The notes below the pieces were generated by a model. The model was not told where the DNA came from, made no database searches, and saw nothing but the letters and a program-made list of their open reading frames with translations. From positions 32,914 through 96,913 of the IMG/VR virus record IMGVR_UViG_3300033149_002604: a DNA stretch of 64,000 nt; one strand, given 5' to 3'. Positions 9,204-18,867 of the stretch are shown here, piece after piece; position 1 is the first letter of the stretch, and each line of letters starts with the position of its first letter. Both the position numbers and the translations under genes were made by a program. Source of the stretch: a virus.

Positions 9204-12200
9204 CTAAGCACTTCTAATGGCCTTGGCTGTTCTTCCTAAGTTATTTAAATCCCTACCAATTGTGTTTATGATCACATTTCTTCCAGGATTTGCTGCCATA
9301 GCCATTGCAATGTCTTCTTGTGTCAACAGATTCAAAATCAAGATATCACGTCCACTTTGATCCCTAATATATCCACTAACTTCATTAGATTTTATATTTT
9401 CTTCTGGTATAACAATTTCTTTTTTGCTTGGATTGTCTCCAAGGATTGCCAACGTCGGTCTATTAACCAGCCCACCTTCAGAAAATGCTTTAAATGCTTC
9501 AATTTGTGGAAACACTCCACCAGTAGCACCACTCATAGCCTTTGCTTCCCACCCAGTTGCCGGTGCTGCTGGTGATTTAGTAAAACGTCCTACAATGCCG
9601 GTAATTGCCTGCATTACTAACCATCTAATGATAATCCTATTAATATCGTCTATTATTGATGCAAAAAATTTCTTAAAGTTTCTACCAGCATGATCTAGCT
9701 GTGTTAGTGTTGTCTGAATAGCATCTGTGAACCCATCTGCAAATTGGTTGACGGTATCAATTGTCAAATCTTTGATAAACGAATTAGTATCTTTGATACT
9801 TCGGTTTAGTTCTTTCCAAGCCCCATAAACTGGATGTTGTAATTCCAACAACTTTATGTGAAGCCGTACTTCCTGTCCTACTGTATCCTTTATTTGCTTT
9901 TCTAGTCGCAGCCTTGTCTGATCATTCTCTGTTCTTTTGTATCTGGCTTCTAAGTCTTTTCTGTTTAATTCAACTATTTCTAATCTTTTCTTTAATATTT
10001 TCTCTTCTGAAGCTCCACTTTCTTTTAAATATGCCAATTCCCTTTCTTTTTGAATTAAGGCAATCTGTGTTGTCTTAGAAATCCTGTCTAATTCAGTCCT
10101 TCTAGCCTTATCTTCAATCGAAGCTTTTCTTCTCAGCTTATCATTCTCAGCCAGTATATCTTGTTGTTTCTTCATCTGTTCGGCAATTTCAGTATTTATT
10201 CCTAGCTGCTTTGCATTTATTGTGTTGATCAATAATGTGTTGTAGTTGATTTCTTTCTGTAGTTCTGTACGTTCATCTAACAACTCATTAATCTTTTTCT
10301 GTTCCTCTCTAGTGACAATTCCGCCAGCAGTCATTTTGTTTATTTCAATGTCTATATCCTTAATCTTAATCTGCCTGATTTTGTTTTCCGTCTTTAATCT
10401 GTTTACAATCTCTCTGTTAATCTCAGATACTTTCCGATTAGACTCTCCAAGTTTGGAGTTAAATTCTCGTTGTAAAGAATTAAGACGTTTTTGAGCATCT
10501 GCTGCGCTTTCTAAGAGCTTAGTTGTTTTAGCACCAAAGGTTCCCTCTTTCAATCCTGTTTGCAATGCTTGGTTTATTAGCTTGTTCCTCTCTTTCTCAG
10601 CCTCAATCATTTTTCCTCTAAGTCTAGCCAATTCTTTATTGACATCTTTACTCTTCTCTTCTAATCCATATGCCTCTTTTAGTTTTTCAAATCGCCTTAT
10701 TAGATCTTGTCTCTGTTCCTTTGTAAGCTTCTTAAAGCCAACAGCAAGTTTACCTGTTTTTTCTCTAATGCCTTCCAGTCCTTTTTGGTATTGTTGTACT
10801 CCAGCAACATTAAGGGCTTTCACCAATTCTTCTCTTTCTTTTTTTAGCTTATTTAACTCACCAACATCAAAACCCGTAACAAACACATCTCCACCCAACT
10901 CTTGTACCTTCTTTATTTCCGAAGTTAGCTTCTCAATCCGAGTACTAATAGTCTCTATCCTAAGTAGAATGGCTTCCTTCTGACGATCTGTTATTATAAT
11001 TTGGTCATCTTTTGATCTTAATCTTTCCCTAATTTCATCAGTCACATCTTTTATTTCTGCTTCATCAACAAAAGACTTTATCTGCTCTTTTAACCAATTA
11101 GTAAAGGGCTTTACGGCTTGTACTATATATTTCTTCCACAGTCCTCCTAATCGTTTGATTTGGTCACCTAAGTTATCCAGTTGTTTTTCTTCCAAGTCTG
11201 TTGCTTTTATTAGTTCACTATGTGCATCCTGTCTCGCTTTTTCCCACTCATCATAATTCTCCAATAAGACCCTAAAAATTGGGGTAGCTCTAATTCCCAA
11301 ATTCTGAAAAGCCACACTTAACTCGGCTACGCTTGTTTTTCCTTCTACCAACCTCTGGTGTAATTCCTTAAAAATATTGCTTAATTTTAGCGGTTTGGTA
11401 ACATCAATCTCTTGTATTAATCCCAATTCCTTTCTAAACTTCTCTGGTGCTCTAGAAATTCTTGAAATCATTGTAGTAAACGCACGACCTGCACGACTTC
11501 CTTTGATCATATGATCGTTTGCAACGGCCAGATAGGCTGTTAGGTCTTCTAAACTGACACCCGCCATCTTTGCAGCAGCACTAGCATACTTATATCCATC
11601 TGTCAGTTCACTAATTTCAATCTGATGTTTAGCCCAAGCGGTTGACATTATATTTACTATATGCTGGAATTTTTGTTCGGTGCTAAGAACGTCATCCATT
11701 TGTTCACCGAAGTTATTATAGACACCAGCTACAGACTTAGTAACTTCCCGCAAATCCCCCTCAGTTGCAACCGCTAATGACATTACTGCATTAAACGCAG
11801 CTAGTGATTCCTCAGCAGATAGCCCAGCAGAACCTAACTGATATAAAGCTTCACCTGACTGCTGCCAATCAGCAGCATGGGTAACAGTAGCTTCTACCAT
11901 CACTTTCATATATTTTTCAGCAATCTCTGTATTACTCATCCACTCAGATCGTGCTGTACGCAATGCTCTAGCAAGCTGCTTTTGTGACTCGGTTATATCA
12001 TCAATAGTATCTCTAAGTCCACGATATGCTGCCCAATACGCACGTAGTTGTATAAACCAGCCAAGACGCATTTTAAACCATGCTGGGGAAAACATTTCAA
12101 ACGGTGAGCCACGTCTCTGTATCCTCTTCTGTTCTTTTGCTAGTCTGCTTAGTTCTCTTGTTTGATTTCTCGTCAGTCTTGCTCCAAGTTCTTTTTGTTT

Positions 12201-13301
12201 GTTTAAATTTCGATATAAAGCAAGCCGATTCTGTTCTACATTCATGTTGATCTGAAGTTCAGCTCTAAGTTTAGCTTCTTCTATCCTTAATTTCCTAACA
12301 GCAGCCCAACGTTTTTTTTCTGCTTCCGTGATACTTTTTGCTACCATTAGCTGTGTTTCATATTTTGCTTCTTCTAAAGGAATCCCTTTAAATTTAGGTA
12401 ACTTGAGGGAAGCAGCATACAGCTTCTTGTATTCCTTAATTTGTTTTTCTGTTAATTGCACCCCTAGTTTCTGTCGCTGTTCTAGGCTTCGCAACAATTC
12501 AAGCCTGTTCTGTTCAACATTGATTCCTTGGCTTATTTCTGTTCTAAGTCGGGCTTCTTTGATTGTAATTTCATCTAATCTTTCTGATCTTCGCTTCAAG
12601 GCCAGTGCTACATCAGATTCTTGTTTAACTAGATTTTGAACTTCAAACTTTCTCTGTGCTTTATATGCTTCATGTAGTTTTTTAGCAACGTTTTCGATTT
12701 CAGGGGCCAACTTCTGAAGATCCTTTCCAGCAGCTTTAAGAATCATATTAATATCTTTTTTGATTTCTGGTGTGGTCATCTTAAAGTCTTCAAGGATCTT
12801 GCTCATATCCAACGCTTCCCGCAATTCCTTGGATATATTTTTCCTTTTAAGACTTTCTGCCTGTCTTTGTATTTCACTGAAGATAGTAGTACCTAACTTT
12901 TCACTTGCAGGTCGTCTTCCTTTTGTTCCGATAGATATAGAAGATAGGGTATCAGCAAATTCAAGAACGGGGGAATTTAGTTTCCTTATTGCCTGATTCC
13001 ATGCACGTGCAAACTGATCAGCATTTTTTTCAGCACCCTTAACAGCGTCACCTAGATTTACTTTTATGTTCTTACCAAACTTGACAAGTTTATTGTTTAC
13101 ACTATCTAGTAACTGTCTGGTTCCACTTATAGAATCTCTTGCTGCTTTGAACGGATCACCTTTTATTATACCTTTTAAAGATGTCTGCTGTAATTTTTGC
13201 TTAAACTTGTCTATGTCAACTAGGGCATTTTTTATTCCCCTGTTGACAGCACTAGCATCTACGCCTATTGATACATTAAGACCACCTATATTAACAGGCA
13301 C
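9204..13301 (-). CDS. Tail tape measure protein (TP901-type core)
   Basis: 1365 aa, helical; LYQLGSAGL, KYASAAAKMAGVSLE, IKGSRAGRAF core; follows the chaperone genes. Confidence 0.93.
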   Translation of the reverse strand: MPVNIGGLNVSIGVDASAVNRGIKNALVDIDKFKQKLQQTSLKGIIKGDPFKAARDSISGTRQLLDSVNNKLVKFGKNIKVNLGDAVKGAEKNADQFARAWNQAIRKLNSPVLEFADTLSSISIGTKGRRPASEKLGTTIFSEIQRQAESLKRKNISKELREALDMSKILEDFKMTTPEIKKDINMILKAAGKDLQKLAPEIENVAKKLHEAYKAQRKFEVQNLVKQESDVALALKRRSERLDEITIKEARLRTEISQGINVEQNRLELLRSLEQRQKLGVQLTEKQIKEYKKLYAASLKLPKFKGIPLEEAKYETQLMVAKSITEAEKKRWAAVRKLRIEEAKLRAELQINMNVEQNRLALYRNLNKQKELGARLTRNQTRELSRLAKEQKRIQRRGSPFEMFSPAWFKMRLGWFIQLRAYWAAYRGLRDTIDDITESQKQLARALRTARSEWMSNTEIAEKYMKVMVEATVTHAADWQQSGEALYQLGSAGLSAEESLAAFNAVMSLAVATEGDLREVTKSVAGVYNNFGEQMDDVLSTEQKFQHIVNIMSTAWAKHQIEISELTDGYKYASAAAKMAGVSLEDLTAYLAVANDHMIKGSRAGRAFTTMISRISRAPEKFRKELGLIQEIDVTKPLKLSNIFKELHQRLVEGKTSVAELSVAFQNLGIRATPIFRVLLENYDEWEKARQDAHSELIKATDLEEKQLDNLGDQIKRLGGLWKKYIVQAVKPFTNWLKEQIKSFVDEAEIKDVTDEIRERLRSKDDQIIITDRQKEAILLRIETISTRIEKLTSEIKKVQELGGDVFVTGFDVGELNKLKKEREELVKALNVAGVQQYQKGLEGIREKTGKLAVGFKKLTKEQRQDLIRRFEKLKEAYGLEEKSKDVNKELARLRGKMIEAEKERNKLINQALQTGLKEGTFGAKTTKLLESAADAQKRLNSLQREFNSKLGESNRKVSEINREIVNRLKTENKIRQIKIKDIDIEINKMTAGGIVTREEQKKINELLDERTELQKEINYNTLLINTINAKQLGINTEIAEQMKKQQDILAENDKLRRKASIEDKARRTELDRISKTTQIALIQKERELAYLKESGASEEKILKKRLEIVELNRKDLEARYKRTENDQTRLRLEKQIKDTVGQEVRLHIKLLELQHPVYGAWKELNRSIKDTNSFIKDLTIDTVNQFADGFTDAIQTTLTQLDHAGRNFKKFFASIIDDINRIIIRWLVMQAITGIVGRFTKSPAAPATGWEAKAMSGATGGVFPQIEAFKAFSEGGLVNRPTLAILGDNPSKKEIVIPEENIKSNEVSGYIRDQSGRDILILNLLTQEDIAMAMAANPGRNVIINTIGRDLNNLGRTAKAIRSA

Positions 13302-13733
13302 TTATTGTTCAGCTCCTTGTTTCTTTTTCTTCGGATTATTGATAATTGGGATTCCTGCCATAGATAGCATTCTACCAACATTCTTGGGTTTGGTTATTTT
13401 GTCAAAATCCAGCTTGTCCATAAACGCTTTCCATTCATTACTTTTAGTAGAAGCTTCTTTCTTTGAATAACTGGGTGACATACAATAAACAGCTTTGCCA
13501 AATATAATAGCCATCATCCGCTGATTATCTATTTCTATCTTCTTGGCTTTTTCGTAAAACAGATAGACTTGATCTATGGTATAGGTATGTTTTAGGTCAT
13601 CAAGTGAATGTCCACGTTCAATCAGGAATTGAAAGATTTCACCTAGTGAAAGTAGATGCTTTTTACTTACCTTTACTAACCCTCTCTGAGAGCTATCCGC
13701 AGAGGGCTTTATTCTCTCAGAGAGGTGAATGCG
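13302..13733 (-). CDS. Tail assembly chaperone gpT portion (translated as the -1 frameshifted G-T fusion)
   Basis: The -1 frame is open from the slippery site (RIHLSERIKP...LGEIFQFLIERGHSLDDLKHTYTIDQV...) to the stop at 13302. Confidence 0.85.
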   Translation of the reverse strand, partial: RIHLSERIKPSADSSQRGLVKVSKKHLLSLGEIFQFLIERGHSLDDLKHTYTIDQVYLFYEKAKKIEIDNQRMMAIIFGKAVYCMSPSYSKKEASTKSNEWKAFMDKLDFDKITKPKNVGRMLSMAGIPIINNPKKKKQGAEQ

Positions 13734-13739
13734 TTTTTT
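13681..13739 (-). promoter_or_regulatory. Programmed -1 frameshift signal: A AAA AAC plus 12-bp hairpin
   Basis: Heptamer 13739-13733 in the G frame; perfect inverted repeat CCTCTCTGAGAG/CTCTCAGAGAGG begins 7 nt downstream. Confidence 0.85.
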
Positions 13740-14095
13740 ATTACTTCTTTATTCTGGTTAAATATAGTAAAGGCAAGTTTTATCCCAGTAGCCATGTCTA
13801 GGTCGGCTATTTCCTTTTCTTCCATATCCACAGAAATCTTGATTACCTTCAAAACTTCATCTGAAATCATAGAAAATAGCTTGGCAATGAAGGTATAGGG
13901 AATAGTATCCCCACTAAATATCTTTTCTATATCTATCCCTGCTGCTTCTACCTTGGTAATGGCATTGTCTAAGATTTCAGCCAATTCAAACAGTTTTCCA
14001 AATGTCCAAGGTTTTACAACAATGTTACCGACCTTAACTTCTGAAAAAAGAATGGCCTCTTCAGGCTTTTCTTTTTTATCCTTTTTTTCTACCAT
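13709..14095 (-). CDS. Tail assembly chaperone gpG
   Basis: Between tail tube and tape measure; ends IKNAFTSLRE across a slippery site. Confidence 0.85.
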   Translation of the reverse strand: MVEKKDKKEKPEEAILFSEVKVGNIVVKPWTFGKLFELAEILDNAITKVEAAGIDIEKIFSGDTIPYTFIAKLFSMISDEVLKVIKISVDMEEKEIADLDMATGIKLAFTIFNQNKEVIKNAFTSLRE

Positions 14096-14113
14096 AAGTC
14101 CTCCAATTCAGGA

Positions 14114-14305
14114 TTATTCTAATTCCTCTTCAGCTTCTTGCCAAATTTGATCTTCTTCATCTTCTACTACCACTTCATCTTTTGTGGAAACTTCTGGAAC
14201 ATGCTTAAAGCGTTTCATACACTTGTCACACACCCATACAAATGCTTCGTCTTCTGAAAACTTTAGATTGAATTTGGCCCCACACCTATCACATTGAACA
14301 ACCAT
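14114..14305 (-). CDS. Small zinc-ribbon protein with acidic tail
   Basis: CxxC...CxxC; GGGGGT RBS. Confidence 0.6.
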   Translation of the reverse strand: MVVQCDRCGAKFNLKFSEDEAFVWVCDKCMKRFKHVPEVSTKDEVVVEDEEDQIWQEAEEELE

Positions 14306-14332
14306 TTTGACCTTACCCCCTGTTTGATATTT

Positions 14333-14366
14333 AGCCTACGGTCCAAGTAAGGTTGGACCATAGGCT
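14333..14366. terminator. 14-bp hairpin downstream of the tail tube gene (terminator or mRNA stabiliser)
   Basis: AGCCTATGGTCCAA-loop-TTGGACCGTAGGCT on the minus strand; no U-tract. Confidence 0.5.
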
Positions 14367-14380
14367 TGTATCAGGTTATA

Positions 14381-15308
14381 TTATGCTACGGAAACTAATC
14401 CGTACTTTGCGTTTACACTATCTGCTGGTGTACACACGTTATTAGGATACCAGTCGTGTGAAAGTATCTCTAACACCATTGGACCACTCCACCAGTCTTC
14501 TGAACTCATGCTCATCCCACCATCTGGCCTGATGGTACATTTGGGAATCATATACACGAAGTCATTTCCAACATCGGTCCTGAAATAAAGCTGTGCAGAA
14601 CCGTATGTCAGTGCAGAAGTCATTGGCGTAAATAGTGGTGAACCAGTAATAGCAGATGCTGATTTGTCAGTACCCAGTAAGAACTTCCTGAAATTAGCTG
14701 CATTTATTTCGTCAAATGTGAAGCTAACTGTGATATTCTTCTGAGACACCACCACGTGGTCTTTGATCCTAGCACCAGTTACATCTGTAATGTAATGCTC
14801 TAAATAGGTTACATCAGGATTGATAGATATATCAGTTATATTTCCTATCAAACGGGCAGTAGTTCTAAAGTCCGAACCGACCCCGTTACTTGTGCCAGAA
14901 TCTAATGAAGCATGTGCTACTGACGCTTCAAAGTAAAGCAGTTTCTGTTATCGTGATAGCATTTAACTATCACTTCTTACGGTTTCCCGCAAGCTCAGAC
15001 CATATCATCCTCTGTATGTGTGAGAGAGGTCGGGCACTCGTGGGTTGATTATTGACTGGTCTGTCTCACAACCTGGTCGTTGAATCTTCCCCATACTTCT
15101 ATGACCTTTCAGGGGCTTGACTGCTGATTACCCAATCCAAGAACTTTTTGAACCATCACGCTTGCCGTTTCCAGCTACGTTGTGGTGTTCTTGGCTCTAA
15201 GGGTGTCCCAGCAATTCACCCGATTTAAAGTGGACCTTACGTAAGTTATTGAAATTATTAAAGATCCACAGCACCTGTCGTGTAATTTGTATAGCTAATA
15301 GTACTCAT
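14381..15308 (-). CDS. Tail tube protein, spliced: exon 1 15308-15264, exon 2 14938-14381 (200 aa)
   Basis: Joined product MSTISYTNYTTGAVD|LYFEASVAH...LIGNITDISINPDVTYLEHY aligns end to end with paralogue 16282-16851; strong RBS; lies upstream of the G/GT chaperone. Confidence 0.88.
14939..15263 (-). ncRNA. Group I intron, ORF-less (325 nt), in tail tube gene
   Basis: Exon ends in U (GTGGAT) and pairs with GGTCCAC (P1); P GAATTGCTGGGA, Q AATCAGCAG, R TTCAACGACCA, S GATGATATGGTCT; terminal G (AAACTG); removal restores the frame. Confidence 0.92.
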
Positions 15309-15346
15309 TCTTTACTCACTCTCCTTTTAACAAATCCTATGTCAAT

Positions 15347-16267
15347 TTAACAAACCGACTTTAACTCACCGTAAGTACACCCAGCCATTTGGTGTACCTC
15401 AATATGACATTTTCTACAAAGCGTAATGCAGTTATCTACATCTGCACTTTCTAAAGGTTCTAGTTTAACTGGAAGTATATGATGACATTGTAAATCATCT
15501 TTACTTCCACACTTTTGGCAAATCCAACCATCTCTTTCAAATACTAATTCTCTAAGTTCCGGTTGAACTTCTCTGTCTAATTTAACATCTTTAAAGTTTC
15601 GTGGATATTTTATTCTTCTGAAAACAGAACATTTCTGTTTGCATTTTTCAGAACAGTAGAAATGCTGTTCACCTGTCAGATTGTCTTTTAATGCTTGAAC
15701 CCTTCTAGTGACATCTTTTAGTTTTGGTGTGAACCATCTCCTACAGTCAGATTCATAACACCGAACCTGCAAGATCTTCTTGTCTTCAGGATCTCTTCTT
15801 ACCTCTTCACACCACTCTAGTTGTGGTGCATAAGTGTCATATAGTGGAAGTTGTTTCTTCCACACACCACCTCTCCAATTTGGATTGTTTCTTGGATCAC
15901 TTTTCCAACAAATCTTACATACAGGATGACGTTTAAAACTCTTTAATGTAGTAGAGAAAGTGTGTCCCATAGAACACCTGAGAATAAGCTGAGAGTGATT
16001 ATTTTTGTATTTTCCACCCACCCATTCACAATTGTGCTCCTTTAAATACTCTTTTACCTCAACTTCTCCCCACTTTGCACATTTTCTACATTTGGCACAG
16101 CGTTTACCTTGTTTGAATGCATAATATTTAACCCAATACTCGTGTCCTTCAGGACACCTAACTAAAATTTTAGAGTGAGAGTTTACGTATTCCTTCGACA
16201 GAAGTTTATATCCTTCACTCTCTATAAACTCTTTGACTTCATTATATGTAAACTTTCTTCTGCCCAT
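15347..16267 (-). CDS. Free-standing HNH homing endonuclease with N-terminal Zn-binding repeats
   Basis: VFERDGWICQKCG...CHHILP...NCITLCRKCHIEVH; repeated EYVNSHSKILVRCPEGH-type units. Confidence 0.88.
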   Translation of the reverse strand: MGRRKFTYNEVKEFIESEGYKLLSKEYVNSHSKILVRCPEGHEYWVKYYAFKQGKRCAKCRKCAKWGEVEVKEYLKEHNCEWVGGKYKNNHSQLILRCSMGHTFSTTLKSFKRHPVCKICWKSDPRNNPNWRGGVWKKQLPLYDTYAPQLEWCEEVRRDPEDKKILQVRCYESDCRRWFTPKLKDVTRRVQALKDNLTGEQHFYCSEKCKQKCSVFRRIKYPRNFKDVKLDREVQPELRELVFERDGWICQKCGSKDDLQCHHILPVKLEPLESADVDNCITLCRKCHIEVHQMAGCTYGELKSVC

Positions 16268-16281
16268 TACATTCTCATTAC

Positions 16282-16851
16282 CTAAAACGGCGTTCCAAGC
16301 GTTGTGCTTGAAAAGTCTATATACCCAAAATTTGCCTGCGAAGCTGAAGAATCATTATTTACATGATATGTATCGTGATATAACACGTCTAATATCATGT
16401 TACCTTTTACCCAGTCAGTAGACCTTAGTGGAATGTTTCCATCAGCTTTCAAGACACATTTGGGTATAACATACTTGAACTTAGTTCCAGTATCTGTCAT
16501 AAACCTTAATATTGCCCGCCCTCGAATTCCTTCTTTTAGCATGACGGGCATCCTACTTGCAGAAGCATCAATACTCCCACCAAGCAGGTAGTTCTGTAAG
16601 TTGTCTTTATTTATTTCATCAAATGTGAAGTTGATTGACAGTCCATTGACGACTGTAAATTCTTCATCCTTCACCTTTTTCCCTTTTACACACTTGTAGT
16701 GTGTCACGTATGATACATCTGGATTGATATTTGCAATGTCAATATTTCCCAAGCTTACCACTTGGGGTAATGTTCCATATCCTGGTGACGCTACACCATC
16801 TCTGAAATAAATCTCTGCTTTTCCTACGGTGAGGTTGTCTATGTCGGTCAT
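16282..16851 (-). CDS. Tail tube paralogue
   Basis: Shares GNI...INPDV.Y..HY, FTFDEIN..N...LLG, F.TD.G..F.Y.IPKC....DG with the spliced tube protein. Confidence 0.8.
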   Translation of the reverse strand: MTDIDNLTVGKAEIYFRDGVASPGYGTLPQVVSLGNIDIANINPDVSYVTHYKCVKGKKVKDEEFTVVNGLSINFTFDEINKDNLQNYLLGGSIDASASRMPVMLKEGIRGRAILRFMTDTGTKFKYVIPKCVLKADGNIPLRSTDWVKGNMILDVLYHDTYHVNNDSSASQANFGYIDFSSTTLGTPF

Positions 16852-16861
16852 GTAAACTCAC

Positions 16862-18049
16862 CTACAAAATAAACTTCAATGTTTCATTATCTTTACCATA
16901 CTCAAATTTGTACAAATCCAAAATCTTTTCTGGTACTTTCTTCTTTGGAAGCCCTAAAAGGTGTGCATACATCCCCTCAAGACTCCAAATGAAGTTTTCC
17001 ATTACCAATTCTTCCCGTTTTTGTTTAATATTTTCCATAACTTCCAGATACCTGCTTTCTAACTGGCTGGTATCCTTTATATCTTCTATGTCATCAAATG
17101 TAAATCCTATCCCGTGTCTTCTAACATAGTCTTCGGATTGTCTACACCAAGCTGTCAGTGATGGTAAACCAGCATGTAGGTATTCTTGAAGTTTGTTAGT
17201 CATTGTCAGATTTACTTGTCTTTCAGTTGCTTCTTTATTATTGAAGATATGAATTCCATACTTAAATTTGGTTAGTGCTTGCATCATTTCATCATAGTCT
17301 GTGGGTGGGTACAAGACTGCACCAATAAACTGCAATGTAGTATATGCTGTCATATTTCCACAGAATATGTGAACTTCATTTCCCAATTCTACCAACCTTC
17401 TAAATATCCAAGCAAGGTTTCTGTAAGGAAATGTCTGGTTTGCAGCAACATCATCTACTGGGTTAATCCCACCTTCATATACTAGACCTTTCCGTTTTGG
17501 AATATCTTCTTCATTGTATTCTATGATACCTTTATTGCAATAAGGGTATAAAACCATTGTTGGTTTGTTTAATGCGTGAAGTCTTTCTGTCCTTTGACGA
17601 ATGGGTTCTGAAACATAAATTAGTGCATCCGCAGCTAAGAACATTTCCCGTTCGTCAATGGGGATTATGCGTTCGAGTCTGCGAATGGAGTCAAGATCAT
17701 GGAGGTCGCAGACCAGTTTTACCCTGTCTTGTACTCCCATTTCATTAATCACCTGACGAATCCACACAACAGGCCTATCGGGCTCATTTGAGTAATCGAG
17801 AATCCTACAACCTATATCAATCATCATTTTTATTAGATTTTTAAATTGTCTCTCATCCTTATACACATGATATGTGTCATAAGATTCTATTCCATAAGGA
17901 ACTTTATTTCCTATTCCATGAACCTCATATCCTAATTTCTTTAAAGCCCTTCCTCGCTTCACTACCCTCACGCAGTGGTGCATTCCGATCAGGGCTATCT
18001 TAAGAGGATTACCATTCTCATCCAAGATTGGTTTTTCATAATCTGTCAT
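16862..18049 (-). CDS. GT-B glycosyltransferase (GT4-like)
   Basis: DLHDL, ADALIYVSE, LVYEGGI, TNKLQEYLHAGLP motifs. Confidence 0.8.
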   Translation of the reverse strand: MTDYEKPILDENGNPLKIALIGMHHCVRVVKRGRALKKLGYEVHGIGNKVPYGIESYDTYHVYKDERQFKNLIKMMIDIGCRILDYSNEPDRPVVWIRQVINEMGVQDRVKLVCDLHDLDSIRRLERIIPIDEREMFLAADALIYVSEPIRQRTERLHALNKPTMVLYPYCNKGIIEYNEEDIPKRKGLVYEGGINPVDDVAANQTFPYRNLAWIFRRLVELGNEVHIFCGNMTAYTTLQFIGAVLYPPTDYDEMMQALTKFKYGIHIFNNKEATERQVNLTMTNKLQEYLHAGLPSLTAWCRQSEDYVRRHGIGFTFDDIEDIKDTSQLESRYLEVMENIKQKREELVMENFIWSLEGMYAHLLGLPKKKVPEKILDLYKFEYGKDNETLKFIL

Positions 18050-18058
18050 AATTAACTC

Positions 18059-18844
18059 CTAATAATCGAATTTATATCCATAAATATGTTCTATTTCTTC
18101 AGGACATGGACCAACAAAATCTAAAAAATCTCCCGTCTTGTTGGTAGCAAACCTTATTGTATTACAAGATGGTTGTCTTGTACATGTCAGTCCCATTTTA
18201 CAGAATTTTTCTACTACAAATTCTACATCTTCAATCGGAAATCCTTCACTACAAATTCTAACATACTTCTTGTTGTGACTACATTTGCTTAAGCTGCCGT
18301 CTCCTATATACCAGTGAAGAACTATTGTTGGTGTCAGTTCTAAGTCTCTTGGAATTATTTTCTTTCCATTTTTATACATATATCTCCTAATATCTAACAA
18401 TTCTACATAATGCTTCGTCCAGTATTGATAATAAACTGCACCACTTTTTTTGTGTACAAACCTATTAATTTTTCCCATAGTTTCTATGTTGTTCTTTTCA
18501 AAGACACTCTTGATGTATAAAACAATATCTAAATATTTAGATGAGTGAGAGTATGATGCTGTACGTTGTATATTTTTCTTATCTGATACACTAAAGATTC
18601 CACCATCTCCCAAAACATTTCCCTGTATGAACTCCATCATTTCATCGGAAATTGTTATCGGAGGATTTTTTCTACAGAGAAAAAGAGTTTCAGACAAACT
18701 TCGTATTGGAATATCATTTTTTATTAAATGTTTACGAATCGTAGATGATGCCACACCTACCAATTTTGCCATTTCTGTTTGGTTCAATTTCTCAACAACA
18801 TACTTCTGATATAACCAATCTTTATCTTTCCACAATTTGTTCAT
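18059..18844 (-). CDS. Free-standing LAGLIDADG_2-type homing endonuclease with N-terminal HTH (likely start 18844)
   Basis: KDWLYQKYVVEKL HTH; IQGNVLGDGGI and LHWYIGDGS motifs; GGGGGA RBS before ATG 18844. Confidence 0.88.
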   Translation of the reverse strand: MNKLWKDKDWLYQKYVVEKLNQTEMAKLVGVASSTIRKHLIKNDIPIRSLSETLFLCRKNPPITISDEMMEFIQGNVLGDGGIFSVSDKKNIQRTASYSHSSKYLDIVLYIKSVFEKNNIETMGKINRFVHKKSGAVYYQYWTKHYVELLDIRRYMYKNGKKIIPRDLELTPTIVLHWYIGDGSLSKCSHNKKYVRICSEGFPIEDVEFVVEKFCKMGLTCTRQPSCNTIRFATNKTGDFLDFVGPCPEEIEHIYGYKFDY

Positions 18845-18867
18845 TTTATCCCCCCATTCAGGATCAT

